Notes: generated from the sequence alone by a model not told the origin. DNA of 64,000 nucleotides from an archaeon (GCA_043801165.1 JAZDMG010000007.1:6155-70154); one strand, 5' to 3'. Positions 51,675-62,600 are shown, numbered from the stretch's first letter. A program made the numbers and translations.

Positions 51675-53390
51675 TTATCTAATAAATTCCTTAACTAAAC
51701 TAAAAGTTATTTTCTCTCCGTCAAATAGTTCTCTAAGTTGATTTTTATTTAATTTCTCAGGACATTTTTCAATCAAACAGAAAATTACATGTTCTGAACA
51801 AAAACTCACATTAATTGTTTTTTTATCTTTCACTCCCTCATAAACAATTGGCAAGGTTTTTTTCAAAAAAGACGGGCTTATTTTTTCCGAATTTTTTATG
51901 ATGTGCGAAAAATGAGCTATAGACAATGCTTTCTCATATTTTAATCCTGGCGTGATATAATCAACTAATTTTTGTGTTTTATCTTTAACCACCATGCTTA
52001 AATATTCTATAAATGAACCTAATTCTATTAAGAAATCGGAATTGTTCTGTTTAATTAAATAAATTTTTTTTACATCGATTATTATTTTTGAATATAATTC
52101 CGGGAATTCTTGGATATATGAAAATAAATCCTCGAATATCGACTGATATTTTCCGGCAGATAATTTTAATTCTAACAATGAATCTTCCGCGTATTTTTCG
52201 TAGTGCTCCTTTAATGGCGGGTCAGGTAAAATCAAGTTAAAATAAATATGTTCTAAGTCGTAAGATACTTGCGAAATTAAAGTTTCATATACTTTTGAAT
52301 AATCATCTTCGTTCTCAGATATTTTTAATTTTCTAAGAATTTTATTGTATTCATCTGAATTAAATCCATGCGCTGACGAACTATTTCGAAACTTATTTAA
52401 TAATTTAAGAAATGCTGTGCTTTCATTAATAGTGTTTTCATAATGATTAAAATATTTTCTATTAGGAAAATCTTCATTAAAGGTTTTATATCTATAATAT
52501 GAATCAAAATTCTTAATAATATTTTGATTCAACTTATTTTTTCGCCTATTTAAATTTGCAAATGTTTTAATTTTTCTTTCTATTACAACATCATGATGAA
52601 TTCTCATAAACAATAGGAATTTTCTCAGAAGTTCAAGTGATTTTAAAGGAGTGATTGTCCCATCAACATATTTTTTAAGTTCTTCCGGAGTCTCTTTTTT
52701 TAAAAAAGTATCACGACATTCTTTTAAACCAACACTAACATAACCTAAATTTAAATCTTCGTCAACTTGATTAAAAATTTGGTTAATTAATTTTACATTT
52801 ATCGATTCGATTAACAGGATATTAAGAAAAATTATTCTGCTTTGAAATTCATCAATAGTTGTTTTATTATCAATTACTTTTTTTATATGATCCAATACAT
52901 TTTCAGTGTTATCAAATACAAATATGTTTTTATTAGGAGCTGTAATCTCTGGGAAAAACTTTTTAAGATAATTTCTAATTCTTTCATTAGATTGATTCAT
53001 AAAATAAATCATTCGTTTTATTTCACTTCTAAAATCAAAATATCTGTTTGCAACCGCTATTGATTTAGGATCAATATTATGCTGTTTCCAATGTTTTAAC
53101 TCTTTATTTGGAAATCCTTCTCCTAAGTCTCCAAGGTTTACTGCAATAAATCCTTTAGCAACTCTATAAACACCTCTAAATAACCCCCATTCATATCCAA
53201 ATAGAACGGTTCCATCATCACCTATTTTGAAATCTTTATTTGATTCATATTTTTTAAGAACTTCTTCTTTAAAATAAACTGTTTCAAGAAATCCTTCAAT
53301 TTTATGACTTGCAGCTTTTTTTGCAGATTTTAGTCCATCTTTTGTAATAAATTCTATTTCAGTCATTATAATATTAAATAACATCATCAC
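51675..53390 (-). CDS. Hypothetical protein of the AT-rich island with an R-x5-H (HEPN-like) motif
   Basis: 571-aa ORF in very AT-rich DNA. The FRNSSSAHGF motif is encoded at 52368-52388. No other recognisable domain. Confidence 0.55.
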   Translation of the reverse strand: MMMLFNIIMTEIEFITKDGLKSAKKAASHKIEGFLETVYFKEEVLKKYESNKDFKIGDDGTVLFGYEWGLFRGVYRVAKGFIAVNLGDLGEGFPNKELKHWKQHNIDPKSIAVANRYFDFRSEIKRMIYFMNQSNERIRNYLKKFFPEITAPNKNIFVFDNTENVLDHIKKVIDNKTTIDEFQSRIIFLNILLIESINVKLINQIFNQVDEDLNLGYVSVGLKECRDTFLKKETPEELKKYVDGTITPLKSLELLRKFLLFMRIHHDVVIERKIKTFANLNRRKNKLNQNIIKNFDSYYRYKTFNEDFPNRKYFNHYENTINESTAFLKLLNKFRNSSSAHGFNSDEYNKILRKLKISENEDDYSKVYETLISQVSYDLEHIYFNLILPDPPLKEHYEKYAEDSLLELKLSAGKYQSIFEDLFSYIQEFPELYSKIIIDVKKIYLIKQNNSDFLIELGSFIEYLSMVVKDKTQKLVDYITPGLKYEKALSIAHFSHIIKNSEKISPSFLKKTLPIVYEGVKDKKTINVSFCSEHVIFCLIEKCPEKLNKNQLRELFDGEKITFSLVKEFIR

Positions 53391-53666
53391 TCTATAAAAT
53401 TTTCTATTTATAAGAATTCTCTGAAGCGTTAACTAAGATTGGCTTCGTCTTCAAGGCATTAAAATCGTTTCCTCAATTCTTATTCTTGATTGCTTACTTT
53501 GTTCGCTCGAATGAACGTCTCTTAAAATTACTCTTCGGATTCTGCTGAATCATCGCACCTCGTTCACTCCAGCTCTCAGAACACTTTCGTTCTTGAGGTC
53601 GCTCATGAGACTCAGAGAGCCTAAGAAGTCTTAGGTGAAATATTACTCAGAAGAAATCACCTTGAA

Positions 53667-54188
53667 CTACAACATTACGTTCGTAAATTTATGTTTTCCA
53701 CATTCATACTCATCATCTGCAAAGAATAAATAAATTCCATTTCTTTTAGGTTTAGGACAATTCTTAGCTAAATACTTTGTACACATTCCATTCAATTTAT
53801 CTTTATCAAGATTAGAAGATGTAAAAGTTATCAAAATTCTAATATCGGCTTTAATCTTGGCTCTTATCAGATTATCTAGTGATTTATATAAAGCATACTT
53901 ACCATTGTTTTTACGAAGGGGTCTATTTTCGTGCTCTATTTCAATTAACTTTTTGTTTCCATTTTTAGAGTACAAAGTCATATCAGAATAGCCGCCTCTC
54001 CCGGTTGGATTCTCTGGGCGCACAGTCATCTTATCTCGTTTGGCGATATTATAAATCGCAACATCAAATAATAGGGTATAGGTGCCATTTTCCAACCTAT
54101 CAACATCTTCCAAACCTATAAATACTCCTTCTTCTAAGAGCAAATCAATTTCTTTTGTAAATTCATTAAAAAAGGTGTTTATATTCAC
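53667..54188 (-). CDS. Hypothetical protein of the AT-rich island
   Basis: 173-aa AT-rich ORF. Weak nuclease-like D...EIEHE pattern only. Confidence 0.5.
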   Translation of the reverse strand: MNINTFFNEFTKEIDLLLEEGVFIGLEDVDRLENGTYTLLFDVAIYNIAKRDKMTVRPENPTGRGGYSDMTLYSKNGNKKLIEIEHENRPLRKNNGKYALYKSLDNLIRAKIKADIRILITFTSSNLDKDKLNGMCTKYLAKNCPKPKRNGIYLFFADDEYECGKHKFTNVML

Positions 54189-54356
54189 AACAGAAGATGG
54201 CTTGCATCATCTATAAATACTTTATGGGGGTTTCGTCTGCGTCATACTCTACGCATTCCTACGGGAATGCTTACCTCACCAAATCTCAAACTCGCATCTC
54301 TAAACTCATCCCACTCCTTGCGGAACAGTCAGCCATCATCTCCTGCCACCACAATC

Positions 54357-54460
54357 TTTAAATAGTCGTTATCACAATAACGATAACTAACAAACAAAAA
54401 ACGATAAGTTTATCGAAAATAACATACAAGTTATCGTTTTTGCGATATGTATCACGACTG
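54357..54460 (+). promoter_or_regulatory. TATA-like box plus a cluster of CGATAA/TTATCG hexamers upstream of the wHTH gene
   Basis: TTTAAATA at 54357-54364. CGATAA at 54381 and 54402; TTATCG at 54410 and 54431. Palindrome CGTTAT-caca-ATAACG at 54367-54382. Confidence 0.35.
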
Positions 54461-54474
54461 AACACGAACTAAGA

Positions 54475-54990
54475 ATGGCTTCAGAGCAGAGCAGCATAAT
54501 AGGCGTACTTTCTAAGGGCTTCAATAGGGAGCTGACTATCAACCAGCTGTCCAAATCGATAAAGAAATCTTATGCCTTCACCAACCAGCACGCTCACGCG
54601 CTAATGAAAAGCAATATCCTCAACAGGAAGGCTGTCGGCAGCGCGATCCTCTGCCTTCTCAACCTCAAGAACGAGGAGACCATAGCTCATCTCGTGTTCA
54701 ATTCCATGGGCGAGAAAAAGCGATTCTTGGATTCCCTGCCAGAGCAGAAGAGAACAGCCATCAATGATCTCCTATCAAAGCTTGAAGACAGGTGCATCTT
54801 CCTTGAAAAGAACAAGCTGACAATAATCTCTGAGAGCAAGGAGCCCCTGGCAGCAAAGCTACCAGGCTTCAGCATCAGCACGATCACAAAGCCAGAATTC
54901 GAGCGAAAGGCAAAGAGCATCGATTTCGAAGCATTGGTCATACTCGCGAATCACGAGCAGTTTTGGAAGACAATAGGCAAAGCTGCATAA
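54475..54990 (+). CDS. Winged-helix-like regulator, paralogue of 18159-18752
   Basis: 171 aa. See the alignment given for 18159-18752. First gene of the second surface/ATPase cluster. Confidence 0.6.
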   Translation: MASEQSSIIGVLSKGFNRELTINQLSKSIKKSYAFTNQHAHALMKSNILNRKAVGSAILCLLNLKNEETIAHLVFNSMGEKKRFLDSLPEQKRTAINDLLSKLEDRCIFLEKNKLTIISESKEPLAAKLPGFSISTITKPEFERKAKSIDFEALVILANHEQFWKTIGKAA

Positions 54991-55036
54991 TCCATAATCA
55001 TCAGCTATCCAGTAAAAAAAAGAGGTGTAAATTAGT

Positions 55037-57004
55037 TTGGATAACAGGACGAAGTCAAAGTATCTTGGAGTGCTCCTACAGACGGTGCTCAAGGTAGATG
55101 ACGCCATGTTCGGCCAGAGAGTGAGCCCTGAGAAGCATGACTACGCAGACTGGATAGCAAAGAACATCAAAGACGAAGAGCTGGCTAGCCAGCTGAGGCC
55201 ATTCATCCAGAAAGATGCCATCGTCAAGTTCCTGCAGGAAAAGATCGCAGAGCTGAGCCAGGATGCGGCAGCAGCACAACCAACACTCCGACCGGCGCCT
55301 GAAAATCCGACAGCAACAGTACAGATCAAGCAGATGGATGGTAAGATTAAGGCGAAATACCTCGGAGTGCTGGTGCAGACGATTCTGAAGATGGACGAGG
55401 CTACATTCAGGATAAGGGTCAGCCCTGAGAAGCATGACTACGCAGACTGGATAGCAAAGAACATCAAAGACGAAGAGCTGGCAGAGGAGCTGCGCTCAAT
55501 CAGGCATAGGCAGAGCGTGCTTGAGTTCCTGGCTGACAAGATCGCAGAGCTGGGCGGGGAAGCGCCCAACATACCGATGCCATCGACGCCAGCAATAGCA
55601 CTGAAAACAGCACAGGCAATGCAGCCGCCAGAGAGAACAGATGAACCAATACACGACCTGATGCCTACTACGATGCAGTCTCATGAAGAGACAAAGCCAA
55701 AGCAAGAACAAGAGATAGATTATCTCAGAGACATAAACGAAGATCTCCATTTCGTGCTTCCAAACGGAAAGACCATCGGAAGCCTGCCGGAGCTGGCCGA
55801 GCTGATGCCTGCAATGGATGATGCGCATTTCAGCGCGCACGTGACCCCTCACAAGAATGATTTCGCAGCCTGGATCTACCACTCGATAAAAGACGAGGAG
55901 CTGGCGAACAGCATCGGGAATGTCAAGGACAAGCAGCAGATTATGGAACTGATCAAGGCAAGGATCACTGAATTGGCAGGCAAGAGCATAGTCACCGATA
56001 GCCTTGAAGCAATGAAAAAGCAGGGAGCTCAGGCACCGGCACCACAGAAGAAGGATGAAAAGAAAGAAGAAAGAGAAAAGGAAGAAAAGAATCATACAAA
56101 ACCAGCAGAAAAACCAGCTGTCGAGAGACCATACCTTGCTGCCAAACCAAAAGAGGAAAAAATAGACCTGATGAATCTCTCAGCCATCGAGATACTAAAG
56201 AAACTAGGCTTGATCAGGGACAACACCCAGTTCCTGGCTTTGGAAGAGGAGATAAGCGAGATCAGGAAACAGAGAAAGACTATCGCAACAGGAGTGCCTG
56301 GCTTTGATGACATGATCGGAGGAGGGATCCCGGTAAATTCCACAATACTAGTATCCGGAGGGCCTGGAAGCGGAAAGACAACTTTCTGCATACAGATGCT
56401 TGGCTGGGCCGCAGAGCAGGGAGAGAAGTGCCTATTCCTGACATTTGAAGAGACCGAAGAGCAGCTCATAGAGCATATGGAGGCATATGGCCTGAATCCC
56501 AAAAAATATCTGGAAAAAGGCACACTGATGATCCAGAGACAAGATCCTTTCAAGATATCAAGGATGGTCGAGGCATTGCTCGCCCATGCAAGAGGAGAAC
56601 TGCTGATAAACATAGATGAGATAATCGACATACTGCCAAGGGGATACAAGCCTGACCGGATCGTGGTTGATTCGCTTTCTGCGATATCAGCAGCATTCTC
56701 TGAATCCAACACAGCATACAGGGTGTATGTCACCAAGCTGATGAGCCTGCTCCAGAAGACAGGCGCCACCTCGTTCCTGATAAGCGAGGTGCAGGGCATA
56801 GAGAACATAGGCCACGGCCTTGTGGAAGAGTTCCTGGCTGATGGAGTGATAGTGTTCTATAACCTGCAGAAAGGGAACATAAAGCAGAGCGCCCTGGAGG
56901 TCCTGAAGATGAGAGCAGTGGACCATGAGAAGAGGATAGTGCCGTTCGAATTCGTGAAAGGAAGAGGGCTCGTGGTCTACCCGCTTGAGAGGACATTCAT
57001 GTGA
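55037..57004 (+). CDS. KaiC-like (RecA-superfamily, COG0467-type) ATPase with three N-terminal NDFxxWI modules
   Basis: 655 aa with a TTG start after the SD AAGAGGTG. C-terminal domain: GVPGFDDMIGGGIP...LVSGGPGSGKTTFCIQ (Walker A), IVVDSLSAI (Walker B), LKMRAVDHEKRIVPFEF. Three modules at ~55052-55255, 55349-55552 and 55745-55975. Confidence 0.85.
   Translation: MDNRTKSKYLGVLLQTVLKVDDAMFGQRVSPEKHDYADWIAKNIKDEELASQLRPFIQKDAIVKFLQEKIAELSQDAAAAQPTLRPAPENPTATVQIKQMDGKIKAKYLGVLVQTILKMDEATFRIRVSPEKHDYADWIAKNIKDEELAEELRSIRHRQSVLEFLADKIAELGGEAPNIPMPSTPAIALKTAQAMQPPERTDEPIHDLMPTTMQSHEETKPKQEQEIDYLRDINEDLHFVLPNGKTIGSLPELAELMPAMDDAHFSAHVTPHKNDFAAWIYHSIKDEELANSIGNVKDKQQIMELIKARITELAGKSIVTDSLEAMKKQGAQAPAPQKKDEKKEEREKEEKNHTKPAEKPAVERPYLAAKPKEEKIDLMNLSAIEILKKLGLIRDNTQFLALEEEISEIRKQRKTIATGVPGFDDMIGGGIPVNSTILVSGGPGSGKTTFCIQMLGWAAEQGEKCLFLTFEETEEQLIEHMEAYGLNPKKYLEKGTLMIQRQDPFKISRMVEALLAHARGELLINIDEIIDILPRGYKPDRIVVDSLSAISAAFSESNTAYRVYVTKLMSLLQKTGATSFLISEVQGIENIGHGLVEEFLADGVIVFYNLQKGNIKQSALEVLKMRAVDHEKRIVPFEFVKGRGLVVYPLERTFM
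55124..55185 (+). repeat. 62-bp perfect intragenic direct repeat, copy 1
   Basis: agccctgagaagcatgactacgcagactggatagcaaagaacatcaaagacgaagagctggc is identical to 55421-55482, 297 bp downstream. Confidence 0.9.
55421..55482 (+). repeat. 62-bp perfect intragenic direct repeat, copy 2
   Basis: Identical to 55124-55185 and in frame (99 codons apart). Confidence 0.9.
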
Positions 57005-58494
57005 ACAAAGGAAAGCCAAGATACGGAGAGAGAACAGCTGGAGCAATAGCTCTCTTCATGCTTCTCATGATAATGATGCTAGCGATGCTGGCAGGCATAG
57101 ACCTGGCCGCAGCAAAAGAGGCAGAATCAAACACCACGCAGACTGACGCGAGCCTGCTGATAACAAAGCTCGAGAGGAACATCACATCCCTGAAAGAGAG
57201 AGGATTCAACACCCCGCGCCTTGACGACGCACTTATGGATGCGAAAGCAAGCTATGCTGACAGGAAATTCGACCAGGTGCTAAGGCTGTACAGCGAGAGC
57301 ATTCTCACAATCTCAAAGATGATGTACGTATCAAGCGAGATCAACATGACATCAATGCTGCTGGATGAGGCAAAGAAGAGAGAGCTCAACATCTCTGAAT
57401 CCATGGGCCATTACACTCTCAGCCTCAGCGATTTCAGGAATAACAACCTTGATGCCGCCCAGAAAGAGATAGCGCAAAGCAAGGAGCTGGTGACAGACCA
57501 GCTGATGACAGAATCCACAATGATAATAGCTGACCTGAAAGAGCTTGCTGCGGCTCTGGCCAGCACAGGGATAAACGCGAATGCTGTCAACAGGACCACG
57601 GCTGATATCCTGGCCGCAGAGAGATCAAAAGATTTCATAAGACTCTTCATCCTGGCCAGCAGGATCTCTGAGATGAACACCTCGATAGCTGGGCTGCTGA
57701 CGATCAAGGAAAAGATGAACCGGCTTGAGGCAGATGGTTATAGCATCAATAGGATAAATGATACCATTGCTGAGCTGGAGAGCCTTCTTGATGCAGGAGA
57801 GTACACCCAGCTGAGCAAACGCTACAACGAGACCATATCACTGATAGGAAAGATATATTCTGTCGATAAAGGCATCAAGAAGACTGAAGCAGGGATTGGC
57901 TCTCCTGAGCTGGCAGGGATAGACCTGACCGAGGCATCAGAGCTGCTCAACACAAGCAAGAGCGAGTTCGATCTTGAGAACTATGAGAAGTCAGAGGACT
58001 ACCTTGCTAGAGCAAAGGCTTCGCTCGCAGAGGCAGAGCAGGCAAACATATTCGCCACCATACTAAACAAGGCAAAGATGAGATTTGACCCGATATCATT
58101 CCTCAAGAAGAACTGGTTGTCGCTCATATTGGCAATACTAATCGGAGGGATTGTGATAAAGGTCGGAGGCTTGTTCCTAGTCTTAAAAAAGAGCGAGCAG
58201 AAGCTTGCTAAGCTCAAGAAAGAGGAAGAAGCAATCACAGAGCTGATGATAAAGCTCCAGGAGGAATATTTCAAGGAGAAAATAATCGATAAGGATACCT
58301 ACGCAGCTGAGAACAATAGCTTCGAGAAGAGATTGACACAGATCAGCGAAGAGATCCCGCTGCTGATTATCAGGATAAAAGAGAAACGTGAAAAGCTTGC
58401 CAAGATGAGAATGTCAAAACACAAGACTGCAGATGACCACAAGGCAACAGATCACAGCAAGGCAGAGACTGACAGCACATCAACGAACAAATAA
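57001..58494 (+). CDS. Stalk-TM-tail membrane protein (helical ectodomain, TM, cytoplasmic LQxxYF motif)
   Basis: 497 aa. The GTG start overlaps the KaiC-like stop (GTGA). N-terminal anchor AIALFMLLMIMMLAMLAG, all-helical ectodomain, and second TM WLSLILAILIGGIVIKVGGLFLVL. Tail ITELMIKLQEEYFKEKIIDKDTY at nt ~58243-58280. Confidence 0.7.
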   Translation: MNKGKPRYGERTAGAIALFMLLMIMMLAMLAGIDLAAAKEAESNTTQTDASLLITKLERNITSLKERGFNTPRLDDALMDAKASYADRKFDQVLRLYSESILTISKMMYVSSEINMTSMLLDEAKKRELNISESMGHYTLSLSDFRNNNLDAAQKEIAQSKELVTDQLMTESTMIIADLKELAAALASTGINANAVNRTTADILAAERSKDFIRLFILASRISEMNTSIAGLLTIKEKMNRLEADGYSINRINDTIAELESLLDAGEYTQLSKRYNETISLIGKIYSVDKGIKKTEAGIGSPELAGIDLTEASELLNTSKSEFDLENYEKSEDYLARAKASLAEAEQANIFATILNKAKMRFDPISFLKKNWLSLILAILIGGIVIKVGGLFLVLKKSEQKLAKLKKEEEAITELMIKLQEEYFKEKIIDKDTYAAENNSFEKRLTQISEEIPLLIIRIKEKREKLAKMRMSKHKTADDHKATDHSKAETDSTSTNK

Positions 58495-58562
58495 GAACAT
58501 TTTTATACATCACGACCAAGAGAAGGTAACGGGACAATTGGGTTGAAGGAAAGAGGAAGAGT

Positions 58563-59657
58563 GTGAACAATAATACAGATAATGTGGAAAGTCAGAATGC
58601 AAATCCGCCATTTTTCTTAAAGAGCGGAAAAAAGATAAGCGAGCTCAATGAGCTGAAGGATTATCTCTTAACAATCCAGCCAGGCGAGTTTCACCACCAT
58701 GTCACTTCTGAAAAGAATGACTTCGAGAGCTGGATAAGGCACGGCCTCAAAGAAGAAGAATTAGCCAATAAGGTAATAAACGTCAAAATCCCGGAAGAGC
58801 TAATCGCCATAATCAAACAATTCCTGAACGCCGGCTTAGAACAGGCCAAAGAGCAGGTAAAACCAGATGAAACAGCCAGCGACAGCAAAACAATCAGCGT
58901 AATCAGCGAGTTCATACCAGAACAGACCTATATCAAGACAGACGTCCCTGGATTCGATGAGCTGATAACCAACGGCATTCCAAAAGAGAGCGCAGTGCTT
59001 GTATGCGGAGGACCAGGAACTGGGAAAACCACCTTCTGCCTCAATCTCATATGCAATGCAGCGAAAAAGGGAAGCAAATGCCTCTACCTAACATTTGAAG
59101 AAGACATAATAAACCTCAAGAGGCACATGAAGAACTTCGGATGGGACGGAGCTTCAAAGGGAGCGGCAGAGAACATGATAGTGAAGAAGATGCAGCCGTT
59201 CGACATAAGCCGGTCAGTCGAAGCACTCCTGGCAAAAGCCAGCGGCGAGCTCACCATAGAATTGGATGAAGTAGAAGGAGTCATACCTTCTGGCTTCCAC
59301 CCAGACATAATCATACTTGACTCGCTCTCGGCAGTAGCTGCCGCATTCTCAGGAAAAGAAGAAGGATATAGGATCTACATAGAGCAGCTTTTCTCCCTTT
59401 TCAAGAAGATTGGCGCAACCTCGTTCCTGATAACAGAGATAGAGCAGGACACCACCAAGTACAGCAAGAGCGGGATAGAAGAATTCCTGGCAGATGCGGT
59501 GATCGTCTTCTACAACATAAGAAGCAAGAACATACGCATAAACGCCCTTGAGATACTCAAGGCCAGAGGAACTCCCCACCAGAAGAAGATCGTCCCATTC
59601 AAGATAGTCACAAACAAAGGAATCGTGGTCTACCCGACAGAAGAAGTCTTTACCTAG
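58563..59657 (+). CDS. KaiC-like ATPase with one N-terminal NDFxxWI module
   Basis: 364 aa with a GTG start after the SD AAGAGGAAG. Module HHHVTSEKNDFESWIRHGLKEEELANKV. KaiC-like domain with GGPGTGKTTFCLN, IIILDSLSAV and LKARGTPHQKKIVPFKI. Confidence 0.85.
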   Translation: MNNNTDNVESQNANPPFFLKSGKKISELNELKDYLLTIQPGEFHHHVTSEKNDFESWIRHGLKEEELANKVINVKIPEELIAIIKQFLNAGLEQAKEQVKPDETASDSKTISVISEFIPEQTYIKTDVPGFDELITNGIPKESAVLVCGGPGTGKTTFCLNLICNAAKKGSKCLYLTFEEDIINLKRHMKNFGWDGASKGAAENMIVKKMQPFDISRSVEALLAKASGELTIELDEVEGVIPSGFHPDIIILDSLSAVAAAFSGKEEGYRIYIEQLFSLFKKIGATSFLITEIEQDTTKYSKSGIEEFLADAVIVFYNIRSKNIRINALEILKARGTPHQKKIVPFKIVTNKGIVVYPTEEVFT

Positions 59658-59695
59658 GATCATCCATCACATATCCTGAGACGAGAATAACCAGT

Positions 59696-62600
59696 GTGCC
59701 GATGTTCATATCATTTCAGAAGCATAGGACCAAGAGAATCGTATGCATAATAGCCACGCTGATATTCTTAGCCATAGCATCGCTTCCTGAATTTCCAGAA
59801 TCGGCATTAGCATACACAGGAAATTTCTCCACAGGATCACCGTTCAGCTGCGGCCCAAACTGTCTCGGGCCATATGAGCTGTTCGGGCATGACACCGAAT
59901 ACTGCAAGCTGAATATCGAGGAATGCTTCAACACCATCGACGGATGCAAGGACGGACCGCAGGCCACCTATGAATTCGTTGACAACATAACCATCACCAA
60001 CCTTAATGGTTCAACATTCACAACAGAGAATGTCATCAATATCGATGTGGCTGTTGACTGCGACAGCGACGGAGATATTGTGTCTATAGCATATCACAAT
60101 GGAAGCTCGTTCAGGAACATATACAACGTGAATTGCACAGTAGAAGGGAAGACCAACATATACTACAATACGACGCTAGACAACGTGCGCGGCAACCATA
60201 CTGTGAGAGCAATAATAGGCTTTCCCGGGCTGTCAGGAGTGACCTGCGGAGAGCAGACATCAAACCCTGCCTGGACTGACACAGATGACGTGACTTTCGC
60301 TGTCGCCACAAATGATATCATCCCTCCATCTGTCAGCAATCCTACGCCTGAGCCAAGCTCAATCTTCGAAGCGCAAGAGAACCTTGAAGTCCTCATCTGC
60401 GTAGAGGCGACCGACAACTATGGGATTGAAAGCGTGTGGATGGACGTATGGTGGGATGAAGGCGAGGAGATAACCCAGATATTCGATGCCGGAGAAAACC
60501 AATTCTGCGATGGCTTCGCCTCCACCACAGACCTCGGCGACTACCTGGTGCAATTCATAGTGAATGACACATCAGGAAACCTGAACGACGCAGTGACCAC
60601 CAACTTCACCATAGCGCACATAACCAACATCACAATCAGCAGCCCGACCATAGGGCTGATCCAGCCAGTGGGAACAACGTATCTCAATTTTACATTGCCT
60701 GACAACTATGATGCCAACGCAATCTACTACTCGCTCGACAACGGGCAGAATATCAGCATCAATGACGGGAGAGTGAGAGCATCATGCGCAGCTTCTGACG
60801 CCAACGGAACACGCGGAGAGAAGGACAATGTCTTTGCCAACCTGTCCATGTCTTTCATCCCTCGAGAGAACATCAGGTCAAACAGCATAGGCCTAAGCCT
60901 AATGAGAAACGGGTCAGGAACATCTGATGCGCAGCTGGAGATAAGGTCTGACAGCTCAGGCAGCCCATCCGAGACTTTGATAGCCAACGGGACAATCATC
61001 AACAGCAGCGTCAGCTCCGAAGGATACTCATTCGTCAACATCACCCTCAACACGACAGTCAATCTCACAAAAGACACTATGTACTGGCTCTTCCTGGAGC
61101 CGGATGGATCAGGAACTGACTTCTACACTTGGGAATCAAGTGATGATGGTGCCTGCAGCGACGGAAACTACAGCAACAACAGGTCGCTTGACCTGCTGTT
61201 CAGTGTATACGACAAATACCGATTCAGGACAACCATAGAAGGCCTGTCACAGGATGACCATAACGTGACAGTCTATGCCAACAGCACTTATTTGGGCCCG
61301 ATAATATCCCCGACAATCAGCTTTGAGATCGACCACACCAATCCCCGCATCAACCGCATAGCATACAGCCCCAACACAAGCGTGCAGCTTGATCCTGGCA
61401 GGCAGATAAACTTCACCATCAACGTGACCGATGATGCAGAAGTAAGCGGAGTGGTGCTCCAGTACAGGCAGAGCAATGAGAGTGAATTCACCAATCGCAC
61501 AGCTAGCCACAGCGGAGCCATCTATGCAGCTAACTTCACTCCGCAGGACGAGAACAACTGGACTGCACGGATTGTAGCGATCGACAGCTCAAACAACACA
61601 AACACCAGCGGAGAGATAACACTTGCGGTGTTCAATGAGCATGGATGGGTAAGCAGCCCATTATCATTCAACACAACATCAGCGCTGATTAGCCAGAACA
61701 GCACCATAGGGAACATAACCATAGTCAACAACGGAGACATCCTGCTGGATTTCAACATCTCAAGAACAGAGTCAACCATCCCATCGGTATACTTCAACAG
61801 CTCCCTGGCATCAACTATCCTGTCAGTGGCTGCATCCCGCAACGTCTCATTGCCGGTCATAGTGACCGGCCAAAGCATAGAATCTGAGCAGGAGGCATCG
61901 ATAACAATCGATGCCCTCAACGGGAGCGCAGAACCCGGTCTCACCTCGATCAATTTCACATTCATAACATTTGTATCAGGCCCTCATCTCAACATCCAGA
62001 TAACAGAATATGACCCGTCAGTGGTCCAGGGCCAGACCAGAGTCACTGTCACCGCAAGGATAACCAATGTCGGGAATGATACCGCCCATAACGTATCATC
62101 ATATTGGCAGGCGCCTCCAGGTTGGGCTGCCAAGACCAACTTCACAGCATCCTACAGCTCACTGGGCATCGGCCAGCAGGTATTCTTCACAAGGGATATC
62201 AACATAGAATCCAATGCGACAGTGGGCAACCAGACATTGTATGTATACGTGAACTGCTCTGAAGATAAGAACGACTCAGACCAGAGGACTGTGGCTGTCA
62301 GCAGCAGCCAATCAGAAGAGCAGGAGACAGTGGTAATCAGCAGAGGAGGAGGGGGAGGGAGCGGAGCGATAAAGGCCACAAAGACCTCGTCCTTGGATAT
62401 GCAGCTGCCAGATGAGGTTGAACTTGAGCGTGGGACCAACATCACCCTGGCAGGAATCATAAAGAACACAGGCGAGACTGCATTCAGCAACATAAACCTT
62501 ACGCTGAGCGGGTTCTCACTGCTCCACCAGAAGATCAGCCCTGAAAAGATCGGCCAGCTCCTAGTGAATGAGTCAAAAGAGTTCAGATTATTCATAAGCG

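Noticed and set aside
51565-54242. Short shared strings near the island borders: CTTCGTCTTC-like at 51565 (reverse complement), 53443 and 54230; CCTAAGAAGT at 51590 (reverse complement) and 53619
   Set aside because: They are 10-13 bp only, and their order and orientation do not fit a consistent pair of att sites or terminal repeats. Possibly remnants, but they cannot be supported.
56092-56808. 238-aa minus-strand ORF, and a similar one at 62608-63249
   Set aside because: They are antisense to the KaiC-like ATPase domain and to the stalk/tail of the 1296-aa protein. No start context and low-complexity products.
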